DNA of 62,981 nt, the filler included, from Octopus bimaculoides (taxonomy: Eukaryota): the NCBI RefSeq assembly GCF_001194135.2. It is 4 parts of 3 records of this genome, joined end to end, with 100 filler letters (N's around TTAATTAATTAA, not from the genome) between each part and the next. Parts side by side here need not be neighbours in the genome. Positions count along the whole stretch, not along the records: positions 1 to 26,622 come from NC_068984.1; positions 26,723 to 47,019 come from NC_068984.1; 2 more parts are not named here. One strand, written 5' to 3'. Position numbers and translations under genes: made by a program. Shown here one piece after another: positions 24,841-37,962 of this stretch (positions are counted from its first letter, which is position 1; every line of letters starts with the position of its first letter). The notes under the pieces were generated by a model, which was not told the origin of the DNA, did not search any database, and saw nothing but the letters and a program-made list of their open reading frames with translations.

Positions 24841-26582
24841 CATGCATATATATATNNNNNNNNNNNNNNNNNNNNNNNNNNNNNNNNNNNNNNNNNNNNN
24901 NNNNNNNNNNNNNNNNNNNNNNNNNNNNNNNNNNNNNNNNNNNNNNNNNNNNNNNNNNNNNNNNNNNNNNNNNNNNNNNNNNNNNNNNNNNNNNNNNNNN
25001 NNNNNNNNNNNNNNNNNNNNNNNNNNNNNNNNNNNNNNNNNNNNNNNNNNNNNNNNNNNNNNNNNNNNNNNNNNNNNNNNNNNNNNNNNNNNNNNNNNNN
25101 NNNNNNNNNNNNNNNNNNNNNNNNNNNNNNNNNNNNNNNNNNNNNNNNNNNNNNNNNNNNNNNNNNNNNNNNNNNNNNNNNNNNNNNNNNNNNNNNNNNN
25201 NNNNNNNNNNNNNNNNNNNNNNNNNNNNNNNNNNNNNNNNNNNNNNNNNNNNNCCAAATGAACCAAGTGATTTTAAACACCATTTTGGTTTGTCACTCTT
25301 AAAAACCAAATATCTTTCGACAAGGCAATATATTTTTCAGATTTAATAATGTAATATCTAAGCTGATAAAACAGAATCTTAAAATTCTACTCATTCAATC
25401 CAATATAAGATTTCAGTCTAGAGATGCCAAGCAGATAGGTCTTAGCACAGTACAGAAATGACTTTGCTAAGCAATTTCCATCACAAAGGTGATGATTACA
25501 CTTCATGCACTTACAGCTATATGTAGGATTTGAATTGATTATGCGAGACAGTTGTTGAAATATTGGCTAAGTATCTTGCTACTCCTTTTAAAAAAAAAAA
25601 TGTATATAAAATATATCACACAAACACGCGCATACACTGCCATAATGTATGCGCTTGTGTGCAATCACATATGTGTATATAATTATGTATGTCATAGATG
25701 TGTGTCTGAATTAAAAATTATATATATATATATATATCAATAATATTAATACATCAATTTGTTTTTTGTACGTACCTGACGCGTGTGTCACGCCTAAAAG
25801 AAAGAAATTTTGTTGCTTAAATAAACAATTTTTAACCAGATCTCTTGTAATTTCTAGAAGAAATTTGAAACACCACCTATGTGTTGTATTATTACTTCTC
25901 AACACCCATGCCTACTGGGCCACCGAATCAGCAACGGTCTTAGTGAGAAAATTAAGATACTTAAATTTGATGCGCGTGTCGAGCAAGGGAGAGAGAAAGT
26001 GAGGGAGAGAGAGAGAGTGAGAGGGAGTGGCTGATAGTACTTGAATTCCTTTCTACGATTGAGCTGGAATTGACCCCTGGCTATTAAAGGCCCAACCACA
26101 CACACTCACAAACACACACACACACACACACACAAACACACATGCACACACATTTATTTTAGGCCTTCTACCCATTTGAATTCGGACATACACCAGATAA
26201 CATGTTAAGTCTTGTGTTCCGAAATTTAAATTTTGAATTTGTTTTAATTGAAAAACATCTTTTGGCTTTCGAATACAACCTTTTCTTTCTCTGTCTATAT
26301 TTTTTGTTAAGTTACAATTTCTCTGTTTTGATCAGGATTTTTCCAATTTCTTTTTTTCTTGTATCAAGTTAAATTCATAAAGTTAAATTCATAAAGCCGA
26401 ACAAAATCAAAAATATTAATTCTATTTTTCCCTTTCCTTAACACTAACAAGAGCATAGTATGAGAGACTTGGCTGTTATTTCTAGCAAATTGAACAACCA
26501 CACAGAGTTGTTCAATTGGCTTATTTGTTGATGTGTATAAGTAAACAAAAATTAAAACACACACACACACACACACACACAT

Positions 26583-26622
<40 letters not shown>

Positions 26623-26722
26623 NNNNNNNNNNNNNNNNNNNNNNNNNNNNNNNNNNNNNNNNNNNNTTAATTAATTAANNNNNNNNNNNNNNNNNNNNNN
26701 NNNNNNNNNNNNNNNNNNNNNN
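26623..26722. other. Artificial 100-bp scaffold spacer (44 N + TTAATTAATTAA + 44 N)
   Basis: Identical construct at 47020-47119 and 60768-60867. TTAATTAATTAA gives stops in all six frames. Confidence 0.92.
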
Positions 26723-26754
<32 letters not shown>

Positions 26755-27699
26755 TACACATAAAGCATATCTCCATGTTCAGTTTAATCAAATGTATGCA
26801 TACAGGTGTTTATTTTGAATGAGTTATACATAGCACTTGATATTTCTAGTGAATTCTAATTGCAGAATCATATCAAAATGAAAAATAGAAAATTTTTTTT
26901 ATTTCATCTTACACGTGTTTCATTACCGAATAGCAGTCACAAATGTATACATGTAGAAATATGTACGGAATTTCCTATCGGTAATTCTTTAGCTTTTATC
27001 TACGTGTATACTTTTGTATACACACACATGCATACACAAACACACACACACATACGCGCGGGCACCCACGCCGCGCGCACGCACACATGCACGCACACGC
27101 AGACACATAAGCCAAAAAATAAAAACAGTCCCTGCAACAAATTCGTCGAAAAAAATAGCTCTGACGGTGAGTTGATTTGCCGAGAAGAGTGAAAAATCCA
27201 ACGTTTCCTACAATTTGCTCTTCCCGAATGAGGAACAATAAAAAATATGATAAATATCGTCAATGACGGTAACTGTGGCATCAGACTCCATATTTGTCTC
27301 TTTGAGAGTGACACAATATCCGAAATTCCGTATTTTTCACTGCAAACAGCAACAGCTCACTATTTATTATTATTTTTTTTTATCAACGATCTCTCTTAGA
27401 TATTAAATTTTATTGCGAAAAACAACAGCCAGAATTCTTATTAAATAAATATTTATCGACAAAAGAACGTATGAAATGGATTGACAGCAAGAGGGGTCGG
27501 AGTTATAGACTAACATAGGCTCAAGAATTATGGTGGTGGTGGCAGTGGTGGTCGTGGAGGTCGTGGTGATGTACTGTAACCAGAGAGAAAGTAAACAGCA
27601 CAAATAGTATTAATAATATTCTGCAGTGGAAAGATGGCATTTAGAGAAATCATATTGTTATTCCATTTCGGAAAGACATCGACTACAACATTACCAACG

Positions 27700-27765
27700 A
27701 CAGCAGCAGCAGCAGAAGCAGCAGCAGCGGCAGCAGCAGCAGCAACAACAACAACAACAACCGAC
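27700..27765. repeat. (CAG)n/(CAA)n trinucleotide repeat
   Basis: Directly visible. Confidence 0.9.
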
Positions 27766-28898
27766 GATAATATAATAACAAGAAGTCAATCAGACAACGA
27801 ACAAGCAATCATTAGCTAACAGTCAACAATGTTGTTCCCACCCAGTTGTTTGGACTACATTGTAATGTGCTTAGCAGAGCTTCTTGTTCTGTTAACTATT
27901 TAATGACTTCACAAGGATAGCGTGACGGATCTGGCACTGATGAATATTGTATTATACATACATATATGTGTGTGTGTGTGTACATGTATTTATGCATGCA
28001 TGTGTGTACACACACACATATATGTATGTATCTGTGTGTATGTGTATGTATGTGTATGTATGTGCAATTTCTTTGTTCAGGGTTACATGTTTCACAAATA
28101 CAATAGTCTTAGAATGCACAACATGCATTCACACAGACACACATTTATATCTGTGTACACATAGATGTACGTATTCATATACATATATACTAAGAGATAG
28201 ATAGATAGATACATACATACATACATACATACACACATACATACATACGTACATACATAGGTAGATAGATAGATAGACATAGACAGATAGATAGAGAGAG
28301 ATAGAGAGAGAGGGGGAGGGAGAGATAGGTAAATAGATACATTGATAAATAGATAGATAGATAAATAGATAGATAAAAAAGAGAGGAAAGAAAAAGGAGA
28401 GAGAGAGGAAGAGAGCGAATGAGAGAAAGTGGGAAGCCTTGATATAAAGATGCCTGAATGGAGAATTACAAAACAATATACGTAGCTCGCCAGTTGGATT
28501 GGTTTTTACACTTATGCGTTCGTCAGATAATTCTCTACATTTTTCTTTATAGCAACTTGTGTCAGTTTTTTATAATCTGTTTTACTAACCATACTAAAAG
28601 CGACTGAACGTCTCTCTTCTAACAAAACACACACACACACACACACATACACACACATGCACACAATACTCCCCACCCAAACAAACCCACACGTTGCAAG
28701 TAAAGGACTTATACATACACATCACTACACACATACAAATACACTCTGTCTCTGTCTCTCTCCCTCACACACACATATGTCTTCTACCAGTGGAAGTAGT
28801 TATTACACGGAAGATAATACTTTATTCATAATGCATATATATAAACTTATATTCATACATACATACATACATACATACATACATACATACGTACATAA

Positions 28899-29012
28899 GA
28901 GCGTAGCTCGAAACGTCAAAGACTTTCCGTATTCCCGAGCGTCATACTAATATATACTTTTGTTATTTACACCACCTGTCCTCGTCTGTTGTTATTATTT
29001 GTATATTCTCCC
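28899..29012 (+). mobile_element. Probable Penelope-type pseudo-LTR fragment starting in a 5'-truncated hammerhead motif
   Basis: GAGC-GTA-GCTC (stem II) followed by GAAAC-GTC, the minimal PLE hammerhead 3' half. CUGAUGA is replaced by (TACA)n. Confidence 0.45.
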
Positions 29013-29055
29013 ATATATATATATGGGAGACACACATAAGAAAGAAGGAAACAAA

Positions 29056-29084
29056 GGACCACTGATGAGGTCACAGAAGTGTGA
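29056..29084 (+). ncRNA. Hammerhead-like 5' half cut off by an assembly gap
   Basis: GGACCA-CUGAUGA (29062-29068)-GGUCACA-GAAG-UGUGA|N. The stem II hairpin is perfect up to the gap. Confidence 0.4.
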
Positions 29085-29854
29085 NNNNNNNNNNNNNNNN
29101 NNNNNNNNNNNNNNNNNNNNNNNNNNNNNNNNNNNNNNNNNNNNNNNNNNNNNNNNNNNNNNNNNNNNNNNNNNNNNNNNNNNNNNNNNNNNNNNNNNNN
29201 NNNNNNNNNNNNNNNNNNNNNNNNNNNNNNNNNNNNNNNNNNNNNNNNNNNNNNNNNNNNNNNNNNNNNNNNNNNNNNNNNNNNNNNNNNNNNNNNNNNN
29301 NNNNNNNNNNNNNNNNNNNNNNNNNNNNNNNNNNNNNNNNNNNNNNNNNNNNNNNNNNNNNNNNNNNNNNNCATATATATATATATATATGAGTGGTGGG
29401 GAGCACATTTGTAGTCTGCCTATGTGTGTGTGTCTGTGAATGTGTGTATGTTCATGTGCGTGTGCATATGTGTGTGTTTACCTACATATCTTATTCAATA
29501 CACAGTAACAGTAAAAGCAGGGATGCGATAATATATAAGACGCCGGACGAATTTTGATTTACTAAGCACCAAATTATTACCGGAAGTTAGGAAGTTGTAA
29601 TGGACGAAATCCATTTAGTGTTCGAATAAAGAGTTGCATAAAGAAGTTGGGGAGAGAAATGGAAAGCCAGAAAAAGACGAATTAGAGAAGGCTAAGAATA
29701 ATGTGAAGGAATAATTACGATTAGGAGGACTGAGAGGCTGAATGGGAGAATGTACGTGATGAAAGAGAAATAAAGGGTAAAGGAATAAGAGATGTGTAAG
29801 CGAATAAAGATGTCTGGTAAAATGACATATTGACCGTAGTGATGAGATAGGTAG

Positions 29855-29910
<56 letters not shown>

Positions 29911-30595
29911 GGAGAGAGAGAGAGAGAAAGACAGACAGACAGACAGACAGAGACAGAGACAGACAGAGACAGAGACAGACAGACGGATAGGGACATGGGG
30001 ACTGATAGGAAATAAAAGTTAAAATAGAAAAGAACTAAAATAGTGAGAATAGGAGAAAGAAACTAAAAGAAAGGAAGATATCTCAGAGAAAGTTAAAGAG
30101 ATGTTGTATGCATGTAATCACAGATGTATGTATGTATATGTGTATTTGTATGTGTGTGTGTGTGTTTAGATTTTGTTGTACATTTTTTCATGTAGAAAAA
30201 TAGCGCTACTCTAAGCGTTATTTTATAACGTATGGAGCCTTGCTGTGCGAAGTATATTTCTAAGAAGAAGGCCTATGGAAATTTATTAAGCCTCACATAT
30301 ATGGTATGGGTTTTTACATGGTATGATATGTGTGTATGTATATATGCATTTGCACTCCTCCTCCCACCATCACATACACACGTAACTGCTACGTGAAATC
30401 TATTTTGTTGTCTTAGAACACTGTATTTATCTCTTGCCTAGTCACAATGTTTTGGGAACGAATGTAAAATAGCTGCCTGGAACTACATACATACATACAT
30501 ATATATATATATATGTGTGTGTGTATGTATGTATGTACGTATATGTATATATATGNNNNNNNNNNGCCACCACCTTCACCACCACTACTAGTACC

Positions 30596-30626
<31 letters not shown>

Positions 30627-31959
30627 CTTTGTATTTTTTATTAATTCTAATTTCGTAGTTAACTCCCTTGCTTTCGTTGCCAGAGACTGTCATCAATACT
30701 GATTAGAAATGTAATTTCAACTGATTAAAATTCATTGAAGCTCACTCCGGTAGGTATCCTAGTCGCTATTTAATTCTATTTAAGAATACTGAAGATATTC
30801 TTTGGACGATATCCTCATTTTGCTAGAAAAGGGAAGGCATATAGCGCTATGTTGTTTGGGTTTGAAAACAAAACAAGAGACTATATGGTTATGACTAGAA
30901 CATCTAAGATGATGGAACTTTATGACAGAACTTTATACTCTAGGATGCTTTCAGGCTAAACCACAAACGAACAAACAGAATAATTAACAACAACAAAGAC
31001 GACACTACCACCTCCACTAAAAATGTAGAATAAAGTGTTTCAGGAACATGGTAAATCATCAGCAGAGACGGTTTCTAGTGCATGGTTTATAGTCCGACAA
31101 ACTCGTCGATATTTTATTAAAAATTCCAAAATAAAGACGGTGTATTTGCCTGGAAAGAAATGCATTAAGATATTTGTTCCGACATTTCACGTTCTAAGTG
31201 CAAATTCTGCAACAAACAAACATGAAATAAAACACCAGTCAAGAGTTCGGTCGACTTTGTTTCTTCTCTTCAACTTATAAGCAATTTACCTTCTTCTTCT
31301 TCTTCTTCTTCTTNNNNNNNNNNNNNNNNNNNNNNNNNNNNNNNNNNNNNNNNNNNNNNNNNNNNNNNNNNNNNNNNNNNNNNNNNNNNNNNNNNNNNNN
31401 NNNNNNNNNNNNNNNNNNNNNNNNNNNNNNNNNNNNNNNNNNNNNNNNNNNNNNNNNNNNNNNNNNNNNNNNNNNNNNNNNNNNNNNNNNNNNNNNNNNN
31501 NNNNNNNNNNNNNNNNNNNNNNNNNNNNNNNNNNNNNNNNNNNNNNNNNNNNNNNNNNNNNNNNNNNNNNNNNNNNNNATGATAGATGTACTAGATCGGA
31601 ACTGATCTAGCACTGGCTTAATCTACAGCAAATTCACAGTAAACCACCGTGTTGTAACACCTATGTACGTATGTATTGATGTGTATAGGTTTTTAATTCG
31701 ACAGCTGTTTCTGGAAGCCCGAAGTTACGAGTTAAAAACAATGTATTCTCTCCTTAGTATTATGCCTTAATGTGTGCATATGTATGCCTAAGTATTTTTA
31801 AATGCATTCGTATACACGAGCGCAGACATGGATGACATCTCATATATGAATTTTATTGCAAGCTGAATTTCATGAATGTTTCAAATATTTTCGCTCCCGT
31901 TGATGTCTTGTAACCGTAACCTTCTCATTAGGTGTGTTCATTTTGATTTTGTGAAACGG

Positions 31960-32165
31960 AAGAAGAAGAAGAAGAAGAAGAAGAAGAAGAAGAAGAAGAA
32001 AAAGAAGAAGAAGAAGAAGAAGANNNNNNNNNNNNNNNNNNNNNNNNNNNNNNNNNNNNNNNNNNNNNNNNNNNNNNNNNNNNNNNNNNNNNNNNNNNNN
32101 NNAGAAGAAGAAGAAGAAGAAGAAGAAGAAGAAGAAGAAGAAGAAGAAGAAGAAGAAGAAGAAGA
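31960..32165. repeat. (GAA)n repeat spanning a gap
   Basis: Visible. Source of the poly-K/E/L/S ORFs. Confidence 0.95.
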
Positions 32166-32381
32166 CGATGCCTATTTAGAATACCTGCTTCAGTTCCAAG
32201 ATTAGAACTGAAGCAGGTATTCACTTGGCCAAATACTTTAATAAGAAAAATCTAAAATTATCGTGACTAGATATCTAATCAGTTCGGCATATGTCTTCTT
32301 TCTCATTAATCTTTAAAATTATGTGTATGCATAAGTAAGTAAGCAAGGAAGTAAATAAGACAGTATGTGTACGTATGCATG

Positions 32382-32410
<29 letters not shown>

Positions 32411-32412
<2 letters not shown>

Positions 32413-32782
32413 CCACTGCGATTTAAGGACTGTGTCAAGTCCTCATTAAAGGCCTGTGATATGCAGGACACTGACTGGGAGAACAATGCCTGTCATCGCC
32501 ACAGATGGAGGAAGCAGGTTAAGGAGGAGATCAACACTTTTGAGAGAGCACGTATCCAGCATGAAGAACTTAAGCGAGCTGCGCGAAAGTGCACGGCTCG
32601 TATAGTGAATGGGGAAAGCTCGGTCTGCAATGTTTGCAGTCGCGTATGCTTGTCAAGAGCAGGGCTTATTAGCCACCAACGGAGCCGCAAATGCAAAATA
32701 TAAGTTAGTCCTAGAGCGCATAATCTTCCTGAAGGTCGGCAATGGTCTTCCTCGGTCACGAGTGGACGGCCATCATCATCAT
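32411..32782 (+). mobile_element. 5'-truncated RTE-clade LINE 3' end with intact reading frame and (CAT)n tail
   Basis: 32413-32703 reads PLRFKDCVKSSLKACDMQDTDWENNACHRHRWRKQV..CNVCSRVCLSRAGLISHQRSRKCKI*, matching the RTE C-terminus (RFKD.LK..LK, W...A.DR..WR, C..C.R.C.SR.GL.SH.R). Inserted in (TATG)n. Confidence 0.9.
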
Positions 32783-33765
32783 GTATGTATGTATGTATGT
32801 ATGTATGTATGTATGTATGTTCTCTTCTATTTTTTATTATTTGAAGTCGTTCTGTAAAGAAGGACCTTATAAAGCGCCGTAATTGGTATGTAGATAGCAT
32901 AAACAATATGACATTTTGAACTTGAGTAGTCTTGCATATCTTTACAGTTTAGATTACAGATTTCAAGTGTATTGTACGTGTTTGCTGGTTGAGTCCTTTT
33001 TTCTGAAAACCCGATGTATGTTTTTTTTTTTGTAGTTATTTAAATTTTTACTTACTTTGCAGAATTCAAGCTGGTCACTAACAATCTACAAGTCTTATGA
33101 TTAAGTTAAAACAGCTCTTGCGGATCAGTGGTTACTTGAACTGGTTGATGTATGTATATATGCGCACAAGTTGTATGTGCGTGCATGCGGAAAAATTTTC
33201 ATCCATGGATGAGCGTACAGCGATAGAATACAATTGTGTGTTTCAGTTCTGTTCTGTTTATGTGAATGCGTTCATATATACTCCATATGTATATGCAATC
33301 CTGTGCATGTGTTTTCCTTGGAGCCTTTCACAACGGATCCAAGAAATGTTTTACAAATTTCCTTTATTCCTCTGAGCAACTCTATCTGCAAAATACAAGT
33401 CAATCTGCTCTATTTTTTTTCTTTTTTGTTGTAGAACCCCAAACATTTCTAAATTTCTACGCTAATCTGCTGTTATATAGTCCAGTACACCTATAATAAT
33501 AGAAACAATAAAATCTATAGCCTTGCTATAAATGCTGTAGGTATCTTCTCAGTTATCCATTTGTTGTTTTTTTCCCTCCAATATTTGAAGAGACATGTAC
33601 TTCTACAGAGAAGCTGATCTCTACAACGGCACACGACTTTTGTGTGTTCTTAATTAACTTCTCGCATTACTATTGTTAAACAATATATTCCATTTCAAAT
33701 AGCGGTTTAAGAATGTTTTATTTCTTTTATTGTTTACATACAGATACACGCACATTCCCTCTGAC

Positions 33766-33769
<4 letters not shown>

Positions 33770-33830
<61 letters not shown>
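33770..33830. repeat. (CT)n microsatellite
   Basis: Directly visible. Confidence 0.95.
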
Positions 33831-33834
<4 letters not shown>

Positions 33835-35329
33835 TTCCCTTTCTCCTTTTCTCAGAAATGTTAGTGTTTCCTCATCTTTCAAATATAAGAATTTCATTTA
33901 CTGCAGATCTTTTTTGTTCTTTTTTTGTTTTTTGTTTTACATAACTTTTATCCTTTTTTCCTAAAATAACATAAATAAACATGACAATGGCGCCTGCTGG
34001 AGATTTTAATCATGACATAGAAAAGGTTTCTCTTCCAAATCCCACACCAAACATCATCAGCATGTTATAATCAGTGTAGTGCAGCTTACAGCAACATGCT
34101 AATACACACAAAAAAAGTGTATGCATGTATTGAAGATCTCTATATGTGTATGCATGTGTTTGCTTGTATATGTCTGTATGTATGTATGTATGTAATGTAT
34201 ACATACATACATGCATGAATACATACATGAATACTTACATAGGTACATAAGTACATACATACATACATACATACATACATACATACATACATACATACAT
34301 ACATACATACATACATAACATACATACTAACGTAGGGATATATAAATATTGATTTGAGAAAACATCATAATACTATGTTGTCTGTCCCTCATTCCAAAAG
34401 GAATCAGAAACATGATGAAGATGCCTGTTGAATCTATAAACATTAGATAGATAAATTTACTTTTAAATTCCAAAGCAAGCCATCTTGAGCATGTAATATT
34501 AGTACAGAACAGAATAGATTACACCTTACAGGATATAACAAGTACAAACACATATACACACATATATGACAGGCATATATATATATATATATATCAGTAA
34601 ATATATATAGAAGTTTACAGATAAGTGAAAATATTATGTTACTATGGTCTTCCCTTTCGAGAGAACAGTTATAAAATATGTAATTGTTTACCTAAGGTAA
34701 TCGGTAAAGCAACGATAGCTTCCGTTGAAGAATTTATAAATCGCTTGAATGCTTTACTCCCACATCCGTGAATGGTTACCGCCAAGCAGACCAGTCAATG
34801 TAGATTGTATATGTGGGGATACTCACGCCAGTATTTGCATTCAAAATTTCTTGTGGAGGAATTCTCTAAATACTTTCATGAAGATAAAAACTTAGTGATC
34901 AGCATCCGAACATTAATTTAACATAACTTGTACCGTGATCTTCTTCAGAATAGATGTTTCCCCGCAGGTTCATATGCACTTCTAATTCATCCCTCAAATT
35001 AAAAAGTAATGTATTTTATCATGGGTCTTCACGATTAGTTGTTTATCTCCAGTCCAGCCCTGATAAAGCGAAGAAACATCTACATGGCGCCAGTTTTACA
35101 AGAAATATCAGTTACATCTTCCTCAAATTAATCACCAACCGCGTCTTATAAAAGAGATACATTGCACAATTTCATCCTAAATACATTATGTTGGAACAAA
35201 AGAAGCGGTAGTCATGTCTGTAACGCCTTTGATTAAAGAGGTAACTAGGTATGATAGTGTAAATGGAGTGCAGTAGAAGTAAAAGATGAATTCCTCCAGT
35301 CCCAGAGAATAAGGGAAGCTAGTCAGTGG

Positions 35330-36640
35330 TTATTTGACCTGTGAAAAAGGCTGCCAAACCTACCAAAGAAAATAAAAAGTGAATACTGGCCCAGTTTTCC
35401 TTTTAAGTGAAACCTGTAAAACTTTATGAAGTTTTAGTCTAAGAGGAACAAGTCTTTCTTCTACTCTTTCAGTCTTGTCCACCACATAATCTCTTTCAGA
35501 TAAAAACTGCCTGTCCATACCGTCTAAAGGAAGGCAGTAAGGTAATCTTCACAACGGATTCGGTTGATAGACAAACCCGTCCTGCACGTGAAAACAGCTG
35601 TTCGACATAAACCCATAAATCGGAAATGCTCGAGCATTGTCGAGTGCATGCAGAACAGTTTCATCGCTCTGGGCGTATCTCGGACAGGTCCAGCTGCCGA
35701 CACCATCGTAGCTATAGTGTTTTTATCGAGGCAACAATGCCTCAAGAAGCAACGTCAGATTAGTGATTACTGGAAATTATCCATGGGCCGTGGACCAAAA
35801 ATCCTTCGGAACAGACCAGCTATTCGACTCCTAGAGTTCTCTCAAGAAAGTCATCGCTCTTGCCCGCCAATAATCCTTTGTAGAACATCAAGACCGTCGT
35901 CATCATCATCATCATCATCATCCTCATCATCATCATCATCAGCTGCTGTACATTATTGCCTCAAGTTCTAGGACTCGTCGGGCCGGTTACCCAGTTTTCA
36001 TGGCACGCAAATGGCAACGCTATAACCGTAAGGTCACGTGTCTTCACTATAGAGCGCTAACGTGGAATTCCCAACAATCACATTGTCTGAATGAGAGAGA
36101 GCTGTGAGCGCTTGACAACATTCCAAATACCAAGTGTCTTCTCTCAGGTTTTAATTGATCTAGGACCGTAGTTTTGTCAAAGGATGAGCTGTGGAGCGAA
36201 TCTGACAAAAGGAGACCACACCTCTTATCGTCAAGAAAATGCTAGAGATACCGAAACTTCAGAGCATATCTGCGCATCATTAGCTACAATATATCCAGTC
36301 CTCCACTCAGCGGGTGTCGACGATGAGTGGAGCGCCTGGTCAAAATGGAAGAGCACACACTACAATCCGGTCAGAAATGAACTGAAGCCTACGAAGCTTA
36401 TCTAGGTTGATCGAATAGATTACAAATTTGTGGTTTGTGTAGTCGACGCTTTTAAATTGTGAACAACCTATGTTGTTTTATCTACTGACCTACAGAACAT
36501 ACCATGTAGATACGATCTGGATGGCCCGATGTGGTTAGTCCATGTCCACGTCGACACATTCGGGAAATCCAGCTGGAATCTGTCAGGATGTTGGGAACGT
36601 CTCATCAGGCTTTTGCACCCCCTCGACTATCAGTTAGTCA
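35330..36640 (-). mobile_element. Tx1/L1-clade LINE remnant, internally deleted and interrupted at ~35898-36034
   Basis: Minus strand: DRFQLDFPNVSTWTWTNHIGPSRSYL and GCSQFKSVDYTNHKFV (endonuclease end); GGLDIL*LMMRRYALKFRYL and EVWSPFVR; LFRRIFGPRPMDNFQ; TCPRYAQSDETVLHAL..CSSISDLWVYVEQLFSRAGRV (zf-RVT-like); EIMWWTRLK..FYRFHLK. Confidence 0.82.
35898..36034 (-). mobile_element. Short retro-derived 3' tail with (GAT)n inserted into the Tx1 remnant
   Basis: Minus strand reads ..CCATGAAAACTGGGTAACCGGCCCGACGAGTCC..GCAGCT(GAT)n. Tx1 homology stops and resumes around it. Confidence 0.5.
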
Positions 36641-36749
36641 CATACAATCTAAACATGCATACAAGATAGCGTTCTAATCGCTCATTAACTCTAAAGAGTA
36701 GGATGCTCCGGCGACAACCTCCAGAACATTGAAGAAATAAGAAGGCGTC

Positions 36750-37240
36750 ACTAAGAATAATGAGAACAACATCTTATGGGATTTTACAATCCTGTATGAC
36801 TGAGTGATTGATGCTCAGAGGCCAGACACTGTGGTAGTGGATAAAAGGAAGAAGGAAACCGATGTCATAGATATCGCCATGCATGGAAATGTACGAGTGG
36901 GTGACACAGAGCTGGAAAAGATTGAAAAGTACATGCTACAAAAAGATGAAAATGCATGAATGCGGGCAGTAAAAAGAGTAACTGTCATTCAAATAGTTGT
37001 AGGGGACTGGGAGTAGTAACAACAAGGTTTGGGAAATTTCTTGGAGAAATTAGGATTATCATGAGGGTAGAACATGCTCATAAATCTGTTTTATTGGGAA
37101 CAGCGAGGATTTTAAGATTTGCACTTGGGTGTTAAATATCGTGAAAAGCGACCCTATGAGGCCCTTGACAATAGGTTATCGGCTTTTACAGAATTAACCG
37201 GAGCAACTGAAATCGAAATCTCTGAGAAGTGAAATAAAAA

Positions 37241-37295
<55 letters not shown>
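36750..37295 (+). mobile_element. R4/Dong-clade LINE 3' end (restriction-like endonuclease), piece 1, (TAG)n tail
   Basis: NNILWDFTILYD*VIDAQRPDTVVVDKRKKETDVIDIA..ELEKIEKY..IVVG..KSVLLGTARILRFALGC*, the PD-(D/E)xK RLE C-terminus. Confidence 0.88.
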
Positions 37296-37296
<1 letters not shown>

Positions 37297-37867
37297 NNNN
37301 NNNNNNNNNNNNNNNNNNNNNNNNNNNNNNNNNNNNNNNNNNNNNNNNNNNNNNNNNNNNNNNNNNNNNNNNNNNNNNNNNNNNNNNNNNNNNNNNNNNN
37401 NNNNNNNNNNNNNNNNNNNNNNNNNNNNNNNNNNNNNNNNNNNNNNNNNNNNNNNNNNNNNNNNNNNNNNNNNNNNNNNNNNNNNNNNNNNNNNNNNNNN
37501 NNNNNNNNNNNNNNNNNNNNNNNNNNNNNNNNNNNNNNNNNNNNNNNNNNNNNNNNNNNNNNNNNNNNNNNNNNNNNNNNNNNNNNNNNNNNNNNNNNNN
37601 NNNNNNNNNNNNNNNNNNNNNNNNNNNNNNNNNNNNNNNNNNNNNNNNNNNNNNNNNNNNNNNNNNNNNNNNNNNNNNNNNNNNNNNNNNNNNNNNNNNN
37701 NNNNNNNNNNNNNNNNNNNNNNNNNNNNNNNNNNNNNNNNNNNNNNNNNNNNNNNNNNNNNNNNNNNNNNNNNNNNNNNNNNNNNNNNNNNNNNNNNNNN
37801 NNNNNNNNNNNNNNNNNNNNNNNNNNNNNNNNAGAGAGAGAGAGAGAGAGAGAGACAGTGGGAGCCG

Positions 37868-37925
<58 letters not shown>

Positions 37926-37962
37926 AATAATATTAATAATAATAATAATGGTAATAATAATC

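Noticed and set aside
25517-25586. Minus-strand exon with a GTAAGT donor
   Set aside because: All three frames contain stops and the acceptor is weak.
26667-26678. TTAATTAATTAA islands between N runs (also 47064-47075 and 60812-60823) as a conserved motif
   Set aside because: Always exactly 44 N + 12 + 44 N = 100 bp, so an artificial six-frame-stop scaffold spacer.
31035-31070. Minus-strand CTGATGA..GAAAC as a hammerhead (similar weak hits near 36603 and 45131)
   Set aside because: No stem II or stem I pairing; the 7-mer is expected by chance in GAT-rich DNA.
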